The notes below the pieces were generated by a model. That model saw only the letters and a program-made list of their open reading frames with translations, made no database searches and was not told where the DNA came from. From positions 76,634,001 to 76,698,000 of the forward strand of contig NC_045696.1 in the NCBI RefSeq assembly GCF_009834535.1: DNA of 64,000 nucleotides. The letters are read 5' to 3'. Made by a program: the position numbers and the translations under genes. Shown piece by piece: positions 56,271 through 64,000 of the stretch. This DNA comes from Camelus ferus (taxonomy: Eukaryota). Position 1 is the first letter of the stretch; the number at the start of each line of letters is the position of its first letter.

Positions 56271-58894
56271 TGGCTGTGTACATATATAAAACCTTTGATA
56301 TCTATCTAGTTTGTACAGACTGTTCGGTAGTCAAGTAAAGGGAGAGGGATGCTATTTCCTGTTTACAATTTCTTGTTTACAGTTTAATTACAGTTACTCC
56401 TCCAGTGTTCTTTTGTAGAATAAACTGTTCTGCTCTGAGTTAGCTTCATAACATATATAACACATCTGTTATCCCACATTGGTGTTACAAATGATAGCAG
56501 CTTACCATCAGAACCTAAACGACTGTATTTCATAAATATATTGTTTTACAAGATAGACACTTAAAGTAAGCCCATAGATAAAATTTTGCTATTTTATTAC
56601 TTCTCGTAGGAGATGACTTTTTAAATGAAGGGATTATTTACTATTTTTATTAAAGAATAATAGAGCATTTAATCAGCTAAGGAATAGCAATTACTTTTAA
56701 ATTATTTTGAAAAATCAATATTGTACTTAAAAGACATTGTTTCACATAATCAAACTAACAGGTTCATTTGCTTAGTGTGCGTTTGAGCACAAAACAGTAT
56801 GTATGTGTTGAAGATTTTTAGGACAGGATGCTCAACTTCCTTAATGACATTTTTCCTTCATGTAAACCTATTGTAGTTTAATAATTTTCTTCCTTAGCTA
56901 GTGGCTTTGGTTGCTAACAAACTTTATAATCTGAGAAGAAAGATACTAGGCACCTTCCAGGTTTAATTAAAACCAACTCCTTTAGTGTTACTTGAAGACT
57001 TTTTTAAAGAATCATTGAGTGTGTTTTTTGTTTTCCTTTGTTTTTTTAAAACTTGTGTTTTCCAGGTCTTCTACATTTCCCTTCCATTTCCTTAAGCAGA
57101 AACTACTTACAGGCATAGCCTTGTCATGTTTTATTAAATGATAAGCTACTGGAGTTGCTGGAACTTTCTGACAGCCTTTCATTTTCAGAGGGTTAACATT
57201 TATTGCATGGCATAGATTGTTAATGCTGTTTTGCATTTTACAGTTTCCCCAAAAGTTCTGGACAACTAAGGATTATAATCTGTATAAGCTTGAGGTAAAA
57301 TAAATCAATCTGAGTAGTTATAGAAGGATTTTTTGAAGTTTCATAGTTCTTATACTTACAGTAGATCAGATTTCTTACCTATTATAATACATAGCAGATC
57401 AAATTAAAGTTTACTGTCTCCCTAGTATATACATTTGCAACATGCAGCGGAGGAAAAGACACTATGGACAGTAGTTTTCTGGTGCCTTTCTCTGCTGTAC
57501 CAAAGCTCTCTTGTCAACAATGAAATGTTAACCCTATGCTACTTTTTCTGCATGTTTCTTCTCTTCAAATGTCGTATCTCAATGCTTACTTGTCCTAACT
57601 TGTAATATTTTTGTATTAAATTTTTTAGGAGTTCCTTGTAATTTCTTTATAATTTAAAATATATTAAACACAAAGTGTTTAGTAAAGTTCAGAAGACATT
57701 AATGTTTCTTGGTCATTGGGTTTGTATGATCAATTGTGCAAACAATTCACATTTTAAGAACTAGGACCACTGGGGTGTAATCTAAGAAATCACAGAAAAA
57801 GATACTACAATTCTGTTAAAAAATTTTAAAAATCTTAGTTTGTTATACAGTCCAGTGTCAGAGCAGGCTGCTTTAAGAGCTCCTGCACTACCAGAAATAG
57901 CAAAATCATAGGTCAGAGAGCTGCTGGAGTCAGGCACTGAATGGATACCTCAAGGAGTCAGCTCTTCCATTGAAAATGCAGTCACACTGAATTCAGTCTG
58001 AGATGTTTGAAACATTTCAGATGTTTGAAAACATCCGCTTCTAGGGTCTGACACATTTAAATTAGGGGATTTTGAGACGTCTACACATTTTCAGGTCCTT
58101 TTCCACATAAGCTTTTAGTGGCTTAATTTACTTAACACTACTAAGCTGATTTTCCATCTTGGGTACCTGAGGAGCAGAATACCTCAGGACAAGGAATAGC
58201 TGAAACTCCTAGCAGAGTTGCAGTTCTGCACGGATATCATGATGAAGGCCAAGAATCATCAAATAAGTCAAAATGAGTTTAATATGACATAAAAAATTAG
58301 CTATGTAGTATATTTTAAAATATTTCCCATGAAGTGGTTGAAATATTTTAGCATGTGGAAATAAACTTAAGTTTGAAGTTGGACAAATGTGTTGAAATAA
58401 ATGAAGTCTGTTTGCTAAATCAAGACTAAATTAGAGGTAAGTAAATTTTATTTTTTAAACAATGTTTCTTTGCCTAGAGTTCATTAGTACCCTTTTTAAA
58501 GTAAAATGCCTGGTCCTACCTTAACCTCCTGGCTAATATGATAGCACTAGGTATGTGTGCTTTTTTTTTTAAATATCTTGTATGTGTGCCGTAGACAATA
58601 GGTGAAGAAAGGTGGAGAAGGAAGAAGCTGTATCATTGGCTTACTGTGTTTTTATCAGTAAGTACATGCTTGTAAAGATACTGAAAAAATTCCCATTTTC
58701 AAACACCCAGCCAACTCCTCTGTGGTTACACTGTTAACACTTTGGTATGTGTCTTTTCAAACACTTTTAATATATACTAGGGGAGAAGGGGGACAAATAG
58801 GATTATAATATTCATTGAGAAACTAGCTTTTTCCCTGAAGTAGTCAGAAACTTTTGTCCCATCAGTATAGGTACCTGTGCTGTGGATGTGGAAT

Positions 58895-59128
58895 TTATCG
58901 TGGAGATGAAGAGCATGTGAATTCCGCCTGACTGGGTTGAATCCCTATTCCATTGTTCAAGCTGTTGAACCTGAGGAGTTACTGTGCAGGCTTTCCCACG
59001 CGTAAAATGGGGCTAGCAATAGTACTTACCTCACAGATTGGTCATGAGGACTAGAATTGTTAACACATATAAAGCCCTCAGAGAATCGTGCCTGCTTGTA
59101 TAAAGCATAGTATATGCTACTGTTATTT
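58895..59128 (+). mobile_element. MIR SINE
   Basis: ctgggttgaatcc...gtaaaatggggctagcaatagtacttacctcacag...atataaagc. Confidence 0.7.
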
Positions 59129-60534
59129 TGATTTTTAATGGTTGCATTGTATTATGCATCACAATTTATAATCAGTCCCCTATAATGTGTATTTTTCACT
59201 GTTTCCTATTATGAACAGTGGTGTAATAAACAAGTATTTGTAAATCAGTAGGACAAATTCAACAGTAGGTTCAGATACACACCCCTGGCTAATAGGCATT
59301 TTCAAAGAATTTGTAAAACTTGCCACCCACCCATTTTCTGGCATTAACTGAATCTGTTATTTCAGTTAATGGACTCACTTAGGAATTTGTGGAAGGGAGA
59401 TTTCTTGGGAAAAAGACTACTTATCCAATGTGCGTACGAGAAATGTGCATAAGAGAAGAGGATAATTTAGACTGGTAAATGACAGTCACCTGACGGGAGT
59501 TAGCGAAAAAAAAAAAAACTAATATTTTAAGTCTGTGTTACTAGTCATTGAGTATGAGTAAGATATTGTTAAACATGGAAGAATATTTCTGCCACAGAGT
59601 GTGGTATATAGGTTAAATACAATTATAAATTTAATGGAACTACCAGAGTATTTAGTGACATAAGCTAATATTGCTGGACTATTCCTAGTCCACATGCTAG
59701 AATAGCAGACATTCATTTTTTTTCTAAGACTTTTAAAAAATTCAATTTCTATACATTTGACCTGCTCGAGTCTTAGGTCCTCTTTTGCTACATCTGCAAA
59801 TACTCATTTGTTGAAAATCTAGTATGTCCCAGGACGTGCCTTTACCACTGGGTGTACAATAGTGAAAAACAACAAAAAAACAGCCTCTGCTCTTGTAAAA
59901 TAGTGTAATGGAAGACAGTTCCCTAAACACTGTAGCAGGGAATTAGCTGTTTTTCTAGATCAAACACTGCTCAATACTGGCAGTTTCAAAAGGTTCAGCT
60001 TAACCTGAGGTTCTGTGTTTATAAAAGTGGCAAAGGGCATCTAACAGTGTGGGATGTTGCCCTAGGACTCGGTGAGCTCGTCTGGCTGTGTCCCAGGACA
60101 CCCGGTACTTCCCTGTGATCCACATTGCACCGGCAGTGGTTTTATGTCAGTCTTCCTGTAGTTGCTATTAAAAATTTAAATAGTATGTATTTACACCTCC
60201 ATTTACTACTTTAAACAGCGTTCATTCATTCATTACCATGAAAGGCAGAGGAATTAGGAGCTTCACCCCTACCTGCTTCAAGAGGCTAGTTAGGATTCTC
60301 TCATTAAGAGTGATGGGCATATACTTGCCTTTGCTGCTTTTAGAAGCAGGAACTGTTGGAAACGTGTACCAGTCTGTGTGTCTCTCCTCAAAACTCACCC
60401 CTCCCTGGTTTCCAAAGGCACTTAAATGCAATGGACAGTATGTGAATCAAAGTACCCCTGTATTAATAGCTGCAGGAGCTATCACCCAGTCCAGCTCTCT
60501 AGGGAGAGGCTGCTTTGGAGTTTGTGGTTTAGGG

Positions 60535-60685
60535 CTTTGCTACTCAGAGTGTAGCCCTTCCACCTTACCTGGAAAAGTCTTAAAAATCATCCCAAGTCTC
60601 ATCTCAGGGCCTAATGAATCAGAAGCTGCAGTTTAACAAGATCCCCCAGGTGAGGTGTATGCATGTGGAAGTTTGAGAATTACTT
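60535..60685. mobile_element. MER5A-like MITE
   Basis: tgaatcagaagctgcagtttaacaagatcccccaggtga...aagtttgagaa. Confidence 0.65.
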
Positions 60686-60944
60686 TAGGGCCCAGGGTCA
60701 AACTAGAGGATCTGCTGCTACTTCTCCCCTGCCCGTGCCTATCCTGAAGTCCTTGAGACTAGCAGCATACCTTGGGACGCTGTAACACAGCTGCTGGTCA
60801 TGGGAGGGGTAGAGGTCCCCCAAATGGACTCTTAACACAGCTTACTGTTAAGACATGAAGTAGTAAAATATTAGTAGTAAAAAATTATTAAAGGGCTCTC
60901 ACTGAACAGTAATCCTGCCCGCCTTACTAATGTCGCAATACCTC

Positions 60945-61100
60945 AGGCTCTGATTAACCTTTGAAATTAACTGGGTGACCCTGGGCAAGATTCTCTCTCT
61001 GCCTATGTCCTTATCTATAAACTGGAGAGTGACACTTACCTGCCTTAGGTTGTAAGGATTAAACAAGATGATGTATATGGTTTTTAGCACCATTCCCAGC
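60945..61100 (+). mobile_element. MIR SINE fragment
   Basis: actgggtgaccctgggcaag...ctctctgcct...atctataaa...taggttgtaaggattaaa. Confidence 0.65.
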
Positions 61101-62616
61101 TTGCAAGACATGAGAAAGTCTAACCATTATGTTCTCCCTGGGGGCGATGCTGCTGGAGGATGCTAGGATGATGTGAGGAACAGAAGTTCCCATCCCTCTG
61201 TGTTGAGATGTCTATAATTTATATTGTCTTCTGTGTACACATCCGTTGATAATCAGTTTTATATTTGCAATCAGTGCAGTTTGAGACCATGGCTTCTTCC
61301 TGAGTTTTTTTATCAGGATCCAGTTTTTTGTTGGGTGGGTTTCATCTTTGTCTAGGCTTAGTGGGTTCTGTCTTCCTTGAATCCCTGCATTTTCAAGTCT
61401 TGCTGTGCTGTCTTACCCAAAAGTGAGTACTTGGTAGAGTACATTATTCCTGCGGCACATTTTCTCGTGTCTCAGTTGATGGGCATGAAAGTGGAAGTCG
61501 AGAACTCCCAATGTGAGTACAAATGATATTCTGCCCGGAACCCATGAAATCAGAGCATGTGCAGAGCGAGGATCCTCAGGCCATGCTTTGTGGCAGGCTT
61601 CTGGAAGTTTCACTGCACATGAAAACCTCGGCTATGGTGCGCACTGTCCTGGCAGGCACTGCTGCTGTGCCGAAGTGCGAGGCCAGCGTGGCCTTTGTCT
61701 CCTTCTAAGCAGTTTTTTCATACTGGATTCCTAATGATTCCTTCTCCTTGAAGTTCAGTAACTTCTCGGCATAAGCCCTAGCTGAAACACGGCAAACCTT
61801 AGGAAACACAGTAGCCACACACATTTTTCTCTACTTAAAAAAAAAAAAAAGAATTAAATTTTGAGTATGGTTTTCCTTTTCATGATACTTTGTTGAGACT
61901 TGCTGCAGGCCCAGATGAAGTTAGTAATCATGACTGTCCAAAGGCCCCATCTACAGCATTATGCAACTTTTCTCCACAAGTGCTCAACAGGCCTGGGGAA
62001 CGTGGATGTCCTGGGTGGTGACTGAGATGAGCAGGGTCAAGGAGTATTTAATGGTCCACACCTTGCCCTAGGGTGTTGGCACTCCAAGTAATTCAAGGAC
62101 ACGGGGCCCTCAGTCAGGATATACCTGGGACAGTGTGGGTAACACTTGTGAGAAAGTTCAGGTTTCTGGAGTCTGGGAAGGTTTTCAAGTGTCTGGAAGC
62201 ATGACCTAGCTCAAAGGCAGGGATCACTGGTGTAAGGATGCCTGGGGTTTAGGCTTCCTGGGCAGTAGAGGCTGTGCCGCCTGCAGACGGGTCTAGAAGG
62301 TCGTGGCTGCTCAAGAGTTGTCCATGAGAACATGTGGCAGTGCCTGGGAAGGGCTGTTGGATGCAGGCTGAGTGTGTGCAGTGGGGGTGGGGAGCGGGGT
62401 CGAATTAGGAAGGTGAATATAGGTGGCTGAGGAAGCTTTGTCTCCTGCTCTCAGTCACATTCTTACCTACCCATACTGAGATACGTGTGCCTCCCGTAAG
62501 GTGTCCTCTCCCGTCATTTGCCTGATTATCTGGTCAGGTTCAGTCAATCCAAGTGCTTCTCAGAAGACAGGCCACCTACCTACTGGTTGCCTGCTTCCTT
62601 GCCCTGGGTCGGGTGC

Positions 62617-62736
62617 TCCTTCCACGCCCCCAGCGCCTGTGCATGGCTTCCTCTGCATCCTTACTCAGTGGAGTTCCTTCCACACCCCCAGTGCCCTGTG
62701 CATGGCTTCCTCTGCTTCCTTACTCAATGGAGTTCC
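62617..62736. repeat. Two-copy tandem duplication, unit ~58-59 bp
   Basis: tccttccacgcccccagcgcctgtgcatggcttcctctgcatccttactcagtggagt followed by tccttccacacccccagtgccctgtgcatggcttcctctgcttccttactcaatggagt. Confidence 0.9.
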
Positions 62737-64000
62737 CGAAGGGCCAAACCTGTATCTGTTGTATTTTTCTCTGCTTGCCCAGAACTGAAGACAGTGCCTG
62801 GAGAAAACAGTAGCTGTTTGATTAATTTGAGGTGTTGACAAGCATGGGAATGCACTCCTGGAGAGTAAATTCTGAAAAGGAGAAGGTGATGTACTGCAGT
62901 GAAAAAAGCACCACCTTTTCCATATGGATGGGAGCCGGAACAAGTTACTTTGTATCTGCACATCACCTTCTTATGTGTAAGAAGTACCTGTGTAAAATAC
63001 CTTGCTTTCAAGGTTTAAGGACTGGCAGTAATACAACTTGTTTAGCACCGTGGCTGACATAAACTAGGCTTTAATATATAGTGCAATTATTATTGTTACT
63101 GTTTTTACTTCATAAACATGCCAGAGAAAACATTTCTTTGACTGGATAATATGTTGAAAATAATTGGTTGTAATTCGATTTACAAAGCACTACTGTTTTG
63201 GACATGAATGTGGAAGTAGTTTATTGAACAAACATAACTACATTTTGCTATGATAGGACATCTTAAAATATGTAATTGCTTTTTGCATGTAACCTAGTTG
63301 GATGATAGTGATGGCAAGCGTGTGTCTGTATAATCAGTTCCCTTGTGCGACTTTATCCTCATTTTTTCCTGTCTTGCCCTTAATCTCCATTAAATTTTTT
63401 TTGCATTATCTAGAATTGGAAAATGCACTTTTAAAAGCAACTCTGTGCCAAACATCCATTTTGTAATCTATTATTTATAGAAAAACATCAGAACTGCATC
63501 AATATTAAGAACCAAGGTTCTAAAGGAGTAGCATTTCACTTTCTTTTGTCCTCTGTTTCAATTACCTCACTTAGACTTCAATTTTGAAACGTTAATCAAG
63601 GTCAGAATAATACTCTACTTTTGTGTGTTTGGTCACCTTCATCTTTCAGGCATAGACCTCTTGTTCTATGTGATTTCTTTTTCCTTATGGTGATAATACA
63701 TGGCTCATTTTAGAAATTTTTCAAGTAAGAAAAATATTGGGGTGGTTGTGTAAATAAAGAGAAAATCACAGGTGCAAATTTTATCTAGCTTTGAGCAGGA
63801 TGCTTAGGTACTGCTAAATACAGGTCTTTAAGCCATTTGAACGAAGAATAAGTCCTTCTAACCTACATGGGACACATAGCATAAAAGAAAGAGAAAATTG
63901 TTGTATTAAGTCGCTGAGATCTTGTAGCTGTTTGTTACTGTAGGATACTCACTCTCCACCCCCCGCTATTCCCCGCCAGGGCATTCTCTCTCGTAGGAGC

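Noticed and set aside
59342..59371. 11-bp stem hairpin cattaactgaa/ttcagttaatg
   Set aside because: Too short for a pre-miRNA and compatible with chance.
60238..60636. Longest ORF in the track (132 aa)
   Set aside because: Its 3' part runs into a MER5A fossil and the peptide resembles no protein family I know.

Overview
Mammalian genomic DNA, AT-rich and intron-dominated. It holds the complete coding region of TBL1XR1 (TBLR1; LisH plus WD40 subunit of the NCoR/SMRT-HDAC3 corepressor complex) on the + strand. I assembled 14 coding exons by hand, all with GT-AG introns and compatible phases, from ATG 15609 to TAG 51461-51463. They total 1545 nt (514 aa + stop) and I see no difference from the human protein as I recall it. 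A long 3'UTR with no recognisable interspersed repeat follows, with several candidate poly(A) signals (strongest AATAAA 56246). No CpG island or promoter is visible, so the TSS and earlier 5'UTR exons probably lie upstream of the window. Introns carry ancient eutherian repeats (MLT1, MER5, MER58, Charlie1, Tigger1, MIR, L2, L1M) plus younger L1 3' ends and a tRNA-derived SINE resembling camelid Vic-1, which suggests a camel/alpaca/llama genome. Repeat names come from recalled consensus similarity, not a database search, and their boundaries are approximate. Nearly all ORFs in the supplied track are spurious. I found no evidence of a novel biological system. The best leads are modest post-transcriptional features: a minimal uORF, a candidate poison exon, a recursive-splicing-like junction, a disabled alternative C-terminal tail, and APA-partitioned miRNA/Pumilio sites.
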